A stretch of 64,000 nt of DNA from an uncultured Planctomycetaceae bacterium (GCA_963815195.1 CAWFGE010000007.1:96001-160000); one strand, 5' to 3'. Counted from the first letter of the stretch, positions 23,901 to 37,485 are shown. Notes: generated by a model from the sequence alone, not told the origin. A program made the numbers and translations.

Positions 23901-26900
23901 TGGGGATGTTCGTGCCGCCGACGTTTCCGTTGGAGGTGACCACCCGGTTCAGGACGCCCGCTTGCTGGGTGGTCACGGCGACATTGATAAAGCCGCCCCC
24001 GGGGGTGCCAAAGCCCGGCCCGTGCAACGTGAGCCGGTTGATGTCGAAGCCTTGGGGCGAAGGGGGGATCGTCGTGGCGTCTAACGGATTGACCGCCCTG
24101 GCGATCTTGTCCCCCAAGGTCGCGGTGTCGTAGAATTCTTCAACAGGAATCGCTGTTCCCGACGTCACGCCCGATAGCCCTTGCGTGGTAAGTCCGGTCG
24201 TGCCATTCGCGAGGTTGAGCGAAACGGTGCCCGCGCCGCCGTTGTCGCCGACACCCACCAGCGAAACGCGATATTGGCCTCCATTGTTCACGACCTGAGC
24301 CGTGATTCCCACGCCGTTGATCGCGGCGGCGATTTTGTTGGCGATCTGTGCGGGGTTATCTCCCGGGTTAAATGTGAGGGTGGGGGAACCAAACGTGAAC
24401 GAAAACGTCGACCCGAGGGCGTCATCGGTTACGTCGATCGAATCGCCGGGCTTCAAATTGGTGCCGTTGATGCCACTCGCCACGACGATCACCGGTCCGG
24501 TGTCGAACTCGAAGCGCGTGGTGCCGTCGAACACCAGGGAATCCTGGTCGCGGATAAACCGCTGCATGGTGATGTCCGAATTCACGATCACTTCGGGGCC
24601 GGTGTCCATCTCGAACGTGGTGAAGGTTCCGCTGTTGACTGGGTTTTCCACCCGGATCGTTTGGCCGTCCTTCACGACGGATTGCGACAGCGTGGGATCC
24701 AATAGATCGGGAATCGTGGGGTCGGGAACGGTGATCGCCTTGTTCCCGCCGACGTCGATGTCCGTGCGGAGAATGCCCCGCTCGACCGCGTCGGTATAAG
24801 GCGGCTGGGCGTTGGGGGTGGTGTAATTGGACCCGCGGGGATTCCCGAACCGGCCGCCGGTGTCGGTCAGGTAATACAGAATATTGTCGTTCAGATAGTT
24901 CCCGACCGCGAAGATTCCCAAGGGCCCGTTGGTATCGGCCGTCAAACCGGACGCCCCGTTGTTGAAGGTCATGGCTTCGTAAATCACGCCGACGCCCGCC
25001 CCGTTGTTGGGTTTGCCGCCGCCGGGAATGAAGGTGTTCACGTCGTCGTCGGCGAGCCGGGTGATGGTGCCCGTGCCCCAATCGACGCTCACGAGGTTCC
25101 CGATGTTGGCGTCGGTGGCAACGGTGGCCGGGCTGTCTTCTTCGGTGGTCAAACCGAAGATCTGCCCGTTCCCGCCCCGGCGATTGATGTCGATGTCATG
25201 GACGTCCTCGCCGAATGTGCTGCTGGAGATTCGCTCGCCGGTGAAGGGATCCACCATATACACGCGGGTGATGTTGGTGCCGGCGTCGACGGCGACGTAC
25301 AGCCCGGTGTCGCCCAGGTTCCAGGGCACGATGGAACTGTCGGGCTTCAGGAAGGTGGGATTGATGACGGTGTCGGGGTTCTGAGACAGGTCGTAGTTGC
25401 CCAAGGGGTCGGCTCCCGTGCCGGTGCCCAGGTTGACCAACTGCGTCAGGGTCGAAGGATCCTGAAGCGTATCGCCCCCCTGGTTGGTGCCCGGGACATC
25501 CCTGGCGCCGATGTGGTCTTCGGCGATCCGCGAGATGGAATCGATCGGTTCCAAGCGGATCAGGCTGTTGGCGCTGCTGATGTTCAAGAACTGGTCGAGA
25601 GCCAAGGGGACCTGGTTCGACGACGTGACGGCGACGATGTAATCGCCTTCCTCCAATTCCACCGTGCCGATAAACGGATCGAGCGCCCCCACCGTCCCGC
25701 GAGATTGATCGGACAGGCCGTTGTTCTGATCCTGGGAGGGCGCGGGGCGGTCGTCGGCGATGTTCGAGTCCGTCGAGGAGAGCACCAGTTGCCCCGTCGC
25801 GGCGTTAAACACATAGATCGCGGTATTGGCCCGGCCCAACTGGTCGGCATAGTCGATGTCGAAGGTGACCGGGAACTTCTCGGTGCGGTTGTTGAAACCG
25901 GGGATTTGTTGGATGTCGGTGTAGTTCACGGTGAAGCGATAGAAGTCGACATCGCCGGAGGAAGACAGGTTGCCCGCCACGCCGAAGCCGTTCATGTCGC
26001 TGGCGAGCACGTTGCCCAGGTAGTCCGCGTTGCCGGAGGTGTCGTTGTTGCCGGCGCCTTCCGCCGCCTCGCCGACGAGCGGGGAGCGGCCGGGCAGGTT
26101 GTTGACCTGGATGCCGGTGTCGGCATAGCGGATGTCGGAGTAGGTCACGACGGATCCGGGTTTTTCATCCACCTGCCGGAGCCGGATTTGGAGTTGGTAT
26201 TCGCCGCTGGACAGGCCGTTTTTGCTCCGCACGCGGATGAAGTAGGTGTTGTTTTGGCCGGCGAAATCGCCGGGCAGGATCACCCGCATGCCGGCATCTT
26301 TGGGATTCATCGTGTAGAAGTCGCCGCCCAGCCGCTCGTCCTTGATCATGGGCATCGCGATGCCGCCGAACAAGTCCGGGTTCTCTTGCTCGGTCTGGGA
26401 ATTGTCCGAGGACGCCACGACGGTCCCGTCGCTTTGGATCAGCTCCAAAACGGTGTCCAGGGAGCCGGCGGTGCGATCGATGTCGAACCAGACTTCCGTC
26501 CCGGCGTCGGCTTTGAAGCTGTACACGTCCTGATCTTGAGAATTGTCGGTGTTGATGAAGCCGTGAACTTCGTAGCCCGCGCGGCGGTTGTCGTCGGCCG
26601 CGGCTTGCGACGGAGCCAAGGGACCGAGAAACTCGGCATCATCGGGAATGGCGTTGGCGTCGCTGTCGGCGCGCGTGGCGCGTTCTTTTTCGTTGATGAC
26701 GGCCACGTTGCGGTCGTTGCTGGATTGGTCGAGCACGACGCCCCGCCAGTCGCCGGGCGACCCTCCGAGCGTGCCGGAGGGCGTGGCGAGTTCCAGATAT
26801 GTCGTAATCGTCGCCGAGTTCGCGTTGGGATTGACCGACCAGGCCATCGCGCTGGTTACGTCGTTCGGACCGTACACCGTGCCCAGGTTCGGATTCGAGC

Positions 26901-29900
26901 CTTGCGGCAGATCGGTCAAGTCGATGTTGCCGTTGAGGGTATAGGTCGTCCCGCCCCCGATAATGGCATTTTGCAAATCCGCCCATTTGTCGGCGGCAAA
27001 TCCGTCATAGGTCGCGTTCGCCAGACCTTGGCCGCTGAGAAATTCTCCATACTGCGAGAAGCCGACTTGCTCGGCCGAGTCGCGGGTGAACAAGCGGAAG
27101 TCCGCCGTACCCGGGGTTCCGGTCGGCTGAAGGAGGTCGTCCGAAAGCCCGAGCACGTCCTGGTCGAGGTAGTTGATGAACCGCAAGTTCCCCAGGGCGG
27201 CCGCGCTGTTGAAGTTGATGACGTTTTTGAGAAGTCCCGTGCCGTTGTCGATGCTCTGGGTCACGGTCCAACTGACCGTCCCGTTCGCGCCGGCGAAGCT
27301 GCCGGAGCTTTGCACCTGGTCGGGACCGATCAGAGCCGCCGGCTGGTTGATGGTGGTGGAGGCGAGGTTGACCGCCTGCCCGTTGGAGCCGGTGTCCACA
27401 TAGTTGATGAAGTCGAACAAGAAGTTCGAGTTCACCAGCGAGTTGACGCCTTGGACGATGGCATCGGCCTGCCCCGAATTGCCCCCGGTGCCGGCGTTAA
27501 AATCGAAGTGGCCTTCGGTCCCGGCAATCACGTCGTTGTCGATCAACGTTCCGTTGTTGACTTCGCCGCCGAGCACGACGCCGTTTTTCGCGCCGCCTCC
27601 GGTCGTGACCAGCAAGGGAACGCCGTCGGGAGTGAATCCCGCGCCCACGGTGTTGTCGGTGATCGAAGTGAGCACTACGGGCCGGCCCGGAGTGCCGACG
27701 ATCTGAAGCGTCCCGCCGATGCGGTCCTGGATGTCGATGCCCTCGACCGGCTGCCCGGTGACGGGATCGATGGCCCCGGCGGCCCGAAAGCCAGCGGTCG
27801 CGCCGCTGAGTTTGACCACCAGGCTTTCGCCCGTGCTGCTTTGGAGCCGCAGGCCGCCGTAGGTGTGCAGATCGGTTGTGATGATTTCGTCGCGGACCAC
27901 ATGCACGATGTCCACGTCGTCCCAAACGCTTTCCGTTGTCAGGATTCCGCCGCGAACTTCCATGCCGTTCGTGGTGTTGTTCTCCATGCGGTTGTTCCGC
28001 ACCAAGGGGCCCACGTTGTTGGCGTACTGGGTCGTGACGTCTTTTTCTTCGCTGCCGAAGAACGGCCGCGAGAACAGCGGCAGATAATTCGGATCGTCGG
28101 GGTTCTGGCTCTTGTCCGCGGTGGCCCGGCCGAGATCCGGGTTGACCTCGGAATTGAGCGCGTTGGCATCCACGCTGATGACGTTGCCGTTGTTGTCCTG
28201 GAAAATGTTGGTGACGATCGTCGGCTGCGCGCCGCGAATGAAGACGGTCGCTTCGTGGTTCGCTCCAAGGCCGTTGCGGTTGGGATCGGTGGTCAGGTTG
28301 CTGTTGACGCCCGATTCGTTGAATTCAAACTGGCTGTTGGAAATCCGCACGTCGGCCTGGTAGATTTCCACGGGATTGAAGGTGGCTGTGCCCCCTTCGA
28401 TCGGCGTTTCGCCGCCGGCGTACCGAACCTTCACGTAATCCAGGTTTCCGCTGGAATCGGGACCGAACACGAGGCCCCCCCAGTCTCCCGCTTCGGGCTG
28501 CTGACCGAGCACCAAAGGCGGCGGCTCGTCGCCGGCGGTTTCCGCCGTGGCGACCGCTTCCGCGGCGTTGATGAAGCCATAGCCGGAATTGTCATCCACG
28601 CCCGGCACGTCCATGTCGACGGCGGTGTCCTGCATGATGGTGTAGATCGTATCGGGCGACAATGTCCCCGGCCCGCCGGCGGCGTTCAACATCAACGCGG
28701 CGACGGCGGCGGCGTGTGGCGCGGCCGCGGAGGTCCCGAAGAAGTTGGGGAACCCGTCCCCTTCCACGTCGGTCAGAGACACGGGCTGCGGGAAGAACGT
28801 GGTGTTGGTGCCGTCCGGACCCACGATGTCCGGAGTCTGCCGCACGCTGGGCGCTGCCAAAAGCGTGCCGTCCGTGTCGAACAGAATGTCGATTCCGCCC
28901 GCGGAAGAGAAAGGCTCGAGCATCGGCGGGCTCGTACCGAACTCGGGAGTCTGGAGGTAGAAGGCGGCCCCGACCGCTTCGGCGCCTTGGGCATTCGCAT
29001 GCCCGTAGCTCGTGGGGCTGTTGGTGGTATATTCATCGGCCGTGACGAGGCCGTTGTCGAATTCGACGTACTTCATCAACCCCGGCGCCATGCCGGAAAA
29101 CAGTTCGATGCCGACGCTGATCGTCGTGGCCGTCGCGGTCAAGTTCGTGAACCCGGCGATTTCCAAGGCGTCGCCGCCGACATTGCTATTGAACGACGAG
29201 TTGAACGGGAGCAGGTTTCCCGCGCTGTCGTAGATCAGGAAATCCAGGTCGTTCGCGGAGCCGGCTCCGCCCAGCGAACCGAACGGCTGATCCCACTGCA
29301 GAACGAAAATCGCGCTGCCACCGGGCTGAATCGTGTATTGCTGCATCGTATCCACGGCGGCCGTCGGATCGAAGTCGTGCAACTCGCCCCCGCTCGGGCC
29401 CGCCGTGCCGGAATCGACGAAGGTGCTTTCATAAGATTGCCGGTCGTCGTTGCCGGCCGCGGAGAAGTACGACTTCCCGTTGGCGACCGCATCATCGACC
29501 GCTTGCGCGATCAGGCCGTCCTGGAACATCGGCTCGGCGAAATAGATCACGTCATCGACGATGACATCCGACCCCGCCGCATCCAGAGCGCGAATGTTGT
29601 TGGCAAACGCGGCTTCGCTGGGATTCGCGGTCGCAAACTGCAGGTTGGCCCCCGGTGCCACATCGTGCACCAACTGGAGCATGGCCCGGCCTTCGTCCGT
29701 GCCGTTCGGGCTGTCCTGCAGGACGTTGATCGGAGTCGTCCGTCCCTGGGTGTTGCTCGGGCCCGGGAGGTCGTTCGTGGTCTGATCCGTCAAATAGCTG
29801 CCCACGCCGCTGGTGTCGAAGCTGTCGGAGATCACGCCCACGGTCACGCCCGAACCGTCCACGCCGAACGTGTTGCGGGCGTCGTCGGAATTCATCGCGA

Positions 29901-32900
29901 TGTCGCCCTGGCTCGTGGTGGCCCCCACGTTCGTCTTGGAGACATAAACCGGGCGAATGACGGTGGCCTGTTGCACATTGACCAGTTCATCGAGCTGCGC
30001 AATCGGAGCGAGCACGGTCACGAAGGGTGCCGCCTGGGCCACGATCGTAAAGCCCAGCCGTTTGATCGCCTCGGCCAGATCAAAGACCGAGTGCGTTCCC
30101 GCGGACAAATCGACCAGCGCATTGGTTCCGGACGTTTGGATTACGCCCTGATTGGAATGGAACTCGCCCACGGACCCGCCGGCGACATAGGCCTGGTATT
30201 CCTGGTACAAGATGTTCAAGTTCCAGCCCAGTTTCGCCAGCGGGCCGTCTTTGCCGACGCCGTCGGGGCCATTGAAGGATTCGATGGCCGCGTCGATCAC
30301 ATCCTGTGGCACGTCTCCGGATTCCCCGCCCCCGTTCGTCCCAAACGCCTGGGTCGACGCGCCGCCGGGAATGCTGTTCGTCGTGCCCCCGCCGCCGATC
30401 GAGTTGGTCAGGTTCGATTGGCCCGCAGGCGGCTGGGAATCGTTGTTCGTATCGAACGTGCCGCCGGCACCGTAGGAGTCGTCCTTGAGCGACGTGAAGA
30501 TGATGGGATCGGTCGGCGTGCCTTCCGCGATGAGGTTGGAACTTCCCAACTCGGTTTCAATGCGGGAGTGGCTGAGCTTGACGATCACGCCGGGATCGAT
30601 CCGCAAACGCCCGGAAGGCCGGCTCGCGATGATGTCGTCGCCGGTCAAGTCCGGGTCGATGTTCTGATTGATCACCAATCCGCCGGCACCGCCGACGATT
30701 TCCAGGATTTCCGGGATGGCGTACACGATGTCCGTCGAGGTGAACCGCGCGGGCACGCTCAATTTTTCGATAGGCACGCCGTCCTGCAATTCGATGCGGA
30801 CCTTCACGCCGTTGATACTGTTGTCGGCGAGAAAATTGCCGTGGATGCTCGGCCCCAACCGATCGCGGTCGTGATCGTAGCGGCGCGGATCTTCAAACGT
30901 GTCGTTGAAGCTGTTGGGACTCGCCGAGATGGCGGCATTGGCGCTATGCACAATCGTGTTGAAGCTGATTGTCGGCCGGGAATCGACGAGATGGATGGCG
31001 TCGAAGTCCTGTTGGGACGAATTGACGACCACTGGGCCGCCGCTGTAAAGGATCGTCGCATGATTGACGATGTCCAGAAAGATGGGCACCGCGGAGGCGA
31101 TATTGACGCTGACCGTCAGTTTTTCCGTAAACAGCAAATTGTCCATCTGGTCGGAAGGCCGGGCCGTGATGGTGATCTTGCCGTTGCCGCTGGCGGCCAA
31201 GGCCTGCGCCAATTCTTCGCGAGACAATTTGATCGTGGCCTGGACGGGGACCGGAACGTCGCCTACGCCGAACGTATCGGAATTCGCCCCATCGGTGACA
31301 AACAGGTCGTAGTCTCCGGGCAAGCCGCTGATGTTGACGCGAATGAATTCATTCGCGGCCGCGAGATTGGCCACGGCGGTGAACGTAAACGTGGCTTCGT
31401 TGGCATCGACGGGGAACCCGGTGAATGTGAATGTCCGGGGCGCTCCGAAGTTGCCGTTTCGCGGTTGGGCGTCGAAAAAGTTGGTTTGGGTTTGCGAACT
31501 GGTGTACTCAAAGTCGTAGTCCGAGTCGGCGCGATAGACGATGCCGCCCCAATCGCCGCCGCTGGGCCCCGGATGCACGCCGTCGGTGTCGCGGCCGATG
31601 GTGTCGTCGTGCCAGCTCGTGAAGACGACGTCGTTGAAGGTCGTTCCCAAGATCTGAAGGGCCCCGCCACTGCGATCGATCCCTTGAGACGATGTGCCGA
31701 CGTCAAGGTTCACGTCCTGCAATTTCAAGACGGCACCGCCGTCGATGACGACGGTGACATCTTTGGGGACATTGAGCGTCTTGCCGTCTTCCAGCGGGAA
31801 ATTGCTGTCGTTGACGCCGATCTGGTAGGCTTGGTTGTCGCCCAAGGTTGCCAACTGGCCGTCGAGTCCGCTGTTTCCGACGATCCGCACGATGACGGGA
31901 ACATTGTCGCCCGCGACCGCGTTCGGGGATGTGCCGTCCCGGCGGGCCTTGGCTTCGGTCAACGCCTGGTCGATTTCGGTGTAGGGATTGTTGATCGAAC
32001 CGTTGGGCGTCGCGCCGCTTGCCGACTTGTCCACGAAAATCGTGTCGCCGACCTGGAACGAGAAATCGAAGATGCCGCCCGGCTTCCCGTCGCCGTTGCC
32101 GTCGATGGGCGTGGCGGGACGCAGCGTGCCGTCGGGCTGAGGCGTGCTGTCCGCATCGACGATGGCCGCCGTCGGATCCGGGAGGAAGTCCATGCGAAGC
32201 TCGTAGGCACCGTCGGTTGTGCCCTGGGAACCGCTATCGGGCACACGCGGATCATAGGTTTCGTTGCCGACGCTGGAGACTCCCACGTAGTACACCACGG
32301 GATTGTTGGCATCGCCTTCGAGCTGGAGCTTCAAGAAGGAATCCGTCCCGTAGTAGTCGTCGTTGCGGGCGATGACCTCGCGCACGAGGCCGGTCGCGGT
32401 GGCCGTTTCCTTGTACAGCGTCAGGACGGTGTTCAATTGGCTGGACGATTCCAGCCGCTTCGCCAGCGTTTCGATCGTGACTGTGCCCGTCTGGCGCATC
32501 TCGAAACGGTACATATCGATGTCGTTGCTGTCCCGCCGGAACAACCGCCGCAAGTGCACGATGTCGTCGTTGCCGGGGAACACGGGTTCGACGGTCAGCG
32601 GGTTCGTTGGTTCGATGCCCAAGCCGCCGTTGGCGCCGCTGCCGAGGATGGCATTGAGATCGAGGGCCTCGTTGAGCCCCAACAAGCGGCCGATTTCGTT
32701 CATCGCGATGCGGAACCACTTGCCGCCGTACTGGTTTTGGGCCGGGGTAAAGTTTTCGCCTTTGTCGATCACGGCGAGGTAGCCGACCGTGCTGTTCTGT
32801 CCCGAGATCCCTTCCACGCCGCCCGGACCCGTGGGGACGGTGGGCACGACGGCCCGCAAGTCGCCGGTGACGATCGTCAGAATGTCGTTCACGCCCGCGC

Positions 32901-35503
32901 CCAACGCTTTGGCCTCAGCGACGCTGGCGGTCTCGACGAACTGCACTCCCGACACATACGAGAAGATGTCGAAAACTTCCCGGCGCGCTGCTTTTGCTCG
33001 TCCGTAATCACGTTGGACAGTTCGTTGCCTTGCGGATCCTTCCCGTACAGACTTTGGAAGTTGTAGGCGATGGTGCGAATCCCGTTGGCGCAAACGGCGC
33101 GGTGCCCCGGCCGTTGTTCGGGCCGGCGTTGAACTGCCCGGTATTCGAGTTGTCGAGGTGGTTTTGGCCGCCTCCGCCTTGGGGGGTGTCATCCACGAGC
33201 GGAATGTCCCGGTGGCCGGGCTCGTCGTTCCCGCCCGCTTCGGGAGGCAGCAACACGTCGATTTGAGGCTCGACGGCGACATCCGTCACGTCCTGGCCGG
33301 CGGTGCCGAGATTGCCCAGCGCCGTCGCTGTATCAAACATCGAGTTGTTGTCCGGATCGTTCGTCAACGGATCGACCGATTCGCCGACCGACAGGTGCAG
33401 TTGATAACCGTCGCCTGTTTCCGGCGGCTGGCCGGTCACACTTCCGCCGGCGTCCATCGAATCAAATTTCCCGACCGCGATCACATAGGTCCCGTTGGTC
33501 GCGAACACCACCGAGGAATCCGCCGTTCCAACTTTAATGAGCGGATCTTTCGCCGTGTCGCTGCCGGGATCCGCCGAGGTGACATTGTCACTCGTGGCAA
33601 TCAGATTGCCGGCGGGATCGTACAAGAACAATTCCGCGTCGAAGTTGGCGTTGTCGATGTCGAACAAGCCCACGTCGCCCGCTGTGGCCGTGAAGGAATA
33701 ATAGTCAATGCTCCCATCGCCAGTCCCGAAGATCGTCACGTGGGGAACCTGCGTCGAGCGCTCGATATTCGGGTCGTACGTCCTCGTCATCAGCGACGAC
33801 GGCACGATTTGAGGATTCGTCCGGAAATTGTTGGGCTCGACTTCCCGGATTCCCTTGAGGGGCGCCACGGTCAACCGGTACGAACCGGTCGTCGTTCCCC
33901 CAGTGCTGTTGCTGCCGTCGATGGGGTTGTAGCTATTGTTTCCTCGACTGGAAACTCCAATGTAATAAACCCCCGGAAGGAGTTGAGGGACAGGCCCTGG
34001 GATTGTGAGACCATTGTCCACATCGTAGGCGAGGAGTTGGCCGCCGAAGGAATTGAAAATCCGCAACTCCGCGTGGAGGCCGTTGTCGGTCGTCAGCGAC
34101 ACCGACAAATCACCGGGCGTGGAAAGTTCGAGGCGGTACAGATCGACCTCGTTGGGATCGAGCGAAGTCGAATTGGGATTGCCTCCCAGGAAGGCGTCCT
34201 GATAGTAAACGGAGCCCGCCGGGCGCGTTCCCAAGTTGGTGGCGGTGTCGAAAGTGCTGTTGACTTCAAACGACGCTCCGATTCGCAGGTTGTACGTTCC
34301 GGTGTCGAAGGGCGCGCCGAAGTCCAGCGTTGCGACCGCGGCGTCGGCGTTGTAGATCACGCTCACGGGCAGCCGCACCGTTCCGTCGGTGCGAATCAAC
34401 CGATAGAACGCGGGGCTCTGGGCCGTCGCCGGATCCAGCGGATCGTTGGAGTTGAAATACACATTGATCAGATTCTCCCGCTGCACCAGATTCGCGTCCT
34501 GGACGGAGATCGCGTCCATGGCATTGCTTCCCGGCGTGATCACCGGCGAAAAGGCGTCCCCTTGGATCGTGACGCTGGAAGCCGTGGCGGTCGCCGAGAT
34601 GCCGAACGCCGAACCCAGGTTGGCCGCCTGCGCGTTCAAGGCGTCGCGGATGTGAACCGCCACGTCCGCGGCGGAATCCGGCACCATCGCCGTGCTGCCG
34701 AAATACGAAATCTGAATGTTGTTGGGATCGGTCAACCCGTCCCCCACTGCCACGTCTTCGAACTCGAACGTCAACGGCGCGCCGCCCGATTGCACCGTGA
34801 ACGTGGCCCCCTCCAGAGAGGAGATGTCGTCGACGTTCAACCGCTGATTCCGAAGCACGGGCTGTTGGACGACGGCTTCGATCTGAGCGCCGCGGTCCAC
34901 CTGGAAGTTGAAGATTTGGTCTTCGCCGTCGTTAAACGCGACACCGACTTCATTGCGCAGCGGATGGTTCCCGGTCCCGCGAAACCGGATCTGGTAGGTG
35001 TCGTCGACCAGGGTGTTTGCAAACCGCACGATGACCTCGTTCGGCCGCTCTCCGATTTGAATCGACCCAATGTCCGCCGGCACCGAATCGTCGAACACCG
35101 GCCCCATCGGGTTGGGATTGTTGTCGACGGAATTCCCGTTCATGTCCACGAGGAACACGTCGTCGAAGCCGCTGCGGACGATCTCGATCCCGCGCAGGGT
35201 GTTGGGATCGATGACCTGCCCTTCGCTGAAGCGGAACATCATTTCCCGCGGGGCGGTGTCCAGGACCTCCCCGTCTTGAAATCCTTTCGCCGGATCAAAC
35301 ACCCCGGTATTGGGGGTGATCGCCACCAGCCGCGGCCCCGTGGCGGCGAGTAGCACGCGATCTTCAAGCGATTCCACAGAAGCGTTCAGGTGCTTGACAA
35401 GGTTTGGCGTTCCGGACTGCCGGCGGCGTTTCTTGGAAGCTCGCGATGAAACCGGACCGTGCAAACGGTTGCGCAAAGACTTAAGCCAATGCGAAATAAG
35501 CAT
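11964..35503 (-). CDS. Giant (~7,850 aa) secreted planctomycete protein: PPC-like repeats, beta-helix regions, S8/S53-like peptidase, Calx-beta, FG-GAP-like repeats and C-terminal zincin; split by three apparent indels
   Basis: ORFs 33008..35503, 13183..33282 and 11964..13592 join via frameshifts at ~33089, ~32984 and ~13649. The corrected length is 23,541 nt, i.e. 7,847 codons. Basic N-terminus with VESLEDRVLLA; Calx-beta-like EKFFVRLSNP; GGVRVATGDVNGDG repeats; HELGHKLGLDD. Confidence 0.9.
28550..29930 (-). other. Subtilase-fold (S8/S53-like) peptidase domain within the giant protein
   Basis: VGVISDSFD, TDEGRAMLQLVHDVAPGA, FSAAGND and FFGTSAAAPHAAAVAAL. Confidence 0.85.
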
Positions 35504-36155
35504 CGAATATTCCCCTGACGAATGCTAAAGGCAGTCGGAAATGACGACCTAAAATGGGTAAGAATTCCAAAGTAATCGCCCTACCTAGGAGATGCAATAA
35601 TCATTTCCCACTGGTTTTCCGGTGTTTTTAGGCAGGGACTGTATGAGTTTTGAGAATGATTCCGCCGCGGAGTTCGGGAAGGACGCAGCCTTGGATGAAA
35701 AGGGCGGCTTTCTAACCCACCGCATCCTTCCAACCGAAATAATCGGTCTTCCGAACGAGGCTTCCCCGTTTTTTTGGCGGCCGGAGATTTGTTCGAAACG
35801 TCCGCGCGATTGTTCCGAGTTTAATGAAGATCGCAGTCCTGGGCGTTGCTCACAAGTTACCGATCTGTCGTTTCCCCCAACGGCGAACGTAATTGTTAAC
35901 CGAAAAAACAGAATGGCCCGGCTGCTGAAAAAGAGAAATCTTGGATTGAGAGGGGCGGGGTGTGCGAATTGCCCTTGTTGAACAATCCCTTGTCGGATGG
36001 TGTGTGCCAGAAAGGAGCCGGCCGACCATCACAAATGGGGATTGGTGATATTCCCCATCATCCTGATAAGTGAGAATCTTCTCAAGTCTGAGACAGGATC
36101 ATTACAACCAGAGTTCCCAAAATATCAGAAAAAAACGGAAAAATGTTTCAACTCG

Positions 36156-37355
36156 TCAATGGAATTGCCCCGTAGGGCTTTTTGCGGGCTTTTGCGGTTG
36201 ATGGGATTTCGCAAATCTCGCCACGGCATGAATCGCCGCGAGCATTTTTCGCCGATCCACGGAATGCACCTCGAGCGGATCGCCGACGCCCCGGAGCATC
36301 GTGAGCGTCAGCCGGCCTCCCAAGTGCTGCCGGAATTCCTCCAAACCGTCGAACAACGCGCTGGTTTGCTCCAGCGTGGGATGATACAGCGGCAAGCCCA
36401 GATCTTTCAGGCAGTGGAGGACTTTTTGCGCGGCGTGGTCCGCGAGGCCGCATTCCAGGGAGGAATAAACCGTATCCACCGCCACGCCGATCGCCACCGC
36501 TTCGCCGTGCCGGAGCGAAAACTCGCTGAGGACTTCCATCTTATGGGCGGACCAGTGTCCGAAGTCCAAGGGCCGCGCTTCCAGCGCCTCGAACGGGTCC
36601 CCGCCTTGTGTGATGTGGTCTAAATGCATCCGGGCCGACTCCCGTAGAATCCGCCCGGCCGCGGACATGTCACGCTGGCGGATCGGCTTGGCGTCCCGGC
36701 AGATTTGCTCGAAGATCGCATCGTCTTTGAGGAGCGAAACCTTCACCGCCTCGGAAAACCCGCACAAAAAGTCGCGGTCCGGCAAGGTCTCCAGGAGGGC
36801 CTCGTCGTTGATCACCGCCCAAGGCACGGCAAAGCTGCCCACCCAGTTTTTCTTTTCGAACAGATTGACGCTGTTCTTCACGCCCACGCCGGAATCGCCT
36901 TGGGCCAATGTCGTCGTCGGCAGCCGCACCAGCCGAATCCCGCGGTGGGCGATCGCGGCGGCGAAGCCCACGGCATCCAGCACCGCCCCGCCGCCGATCA
37001 CGACGATGTAACTCCGGCGATCCAGATTGGCGGCATTGATGACTTTCAGCATCCGTTCCAAGATGTGAATATCGTTTTTGACCGCTTCGCCCCCGGGCAC
37101 GACCTGCAGGTTTCCCGCCAGCCGAAAGCGATCCCGGTGGGCCTGGGCAAACTCCAAGAGGCGATCCCATAACTCCGGCTGGGCGTTCAAAACGTGCTCA
37201 TCGAGCCAAAACTGCACGCGGGCCGGTTGTTCGCCGGACCGCTCCAACACATCGAGCAACACCTCCGCATCCGGTCCCAACACATCCTGGGTGAAACGCA
37301 AACGATGAACGAACGGCACATGAAACGAGCGAGTGAATTCAGATTCGAGCGACAT
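36156..37355 (-). CDS. aroB: 3-dehydroquinate synthase family sugar-phosphate cyclase
   Basis: [43 protein letters not shown] and HGEAVAIG. The start at 37355 is inferred. Confidence 0.85.
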   Translation of the reverse strand: MSLESEFTRSFHVPFVHRLRFTQDVLGPDAEVLLDVLERSGEQPARVQFWLDEHVLNAQPELWDRLLEFAQAHRDRFRLAGNLQVVPGGEAVKNDIHILERMLKVINAANLDRRSYIVVIGGGAVLDAVGFAAAIAHRGIRLVRLPTTTLAQGDSGVGVKNSVNLFEKKNWVGSFAVPWAVINDEALLETLPDRDFLCGFSEAVKVSLLKDDAIFEQICRDAKPIRQRDMSAAGRILRESARMHLDHITQGGDPFEALEARPLDFGHWSAHKMEVLSEFSLRHGEAVAIGVAVDTVYSSLECGLADHAAQKVLHCLKDLGLPLYHPTLEQTSALFDGLEEFRQHLGGRLTLTMLRGVGDPLEVHSVDRRKMLAAIHAVARFAKSHQPQKPAKSPTGQFH

Positions 37356-37485
37356 ATTCTCATTGAAAACAAAAGATGGATGGATTGGCGAATAATGGAT
37401 GCCTACCAGTTTGATGGAAACATCGGCCATCTTCAATGCTTCGCGTCCACCGGCCCCGCATTTTTTTTGGAAGCCGCCTTGGGGG

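Noticed and set aside
11937..35353. Very long + strand ORFs (e.g. 25198..33066, 2622 aa; 20071..24084)
   Set aside because: These are antisense shadows of the giant gene caused by GC-rich codon bias; they are V/R/G-rich with no motifs.
35504..36155. Riboswitch or ncRNA in the 650-bp region upstream of the giant gene
   Set aside because: The region is AT-richer and probably regulatory, but I could not identify a convincing structure or motif.
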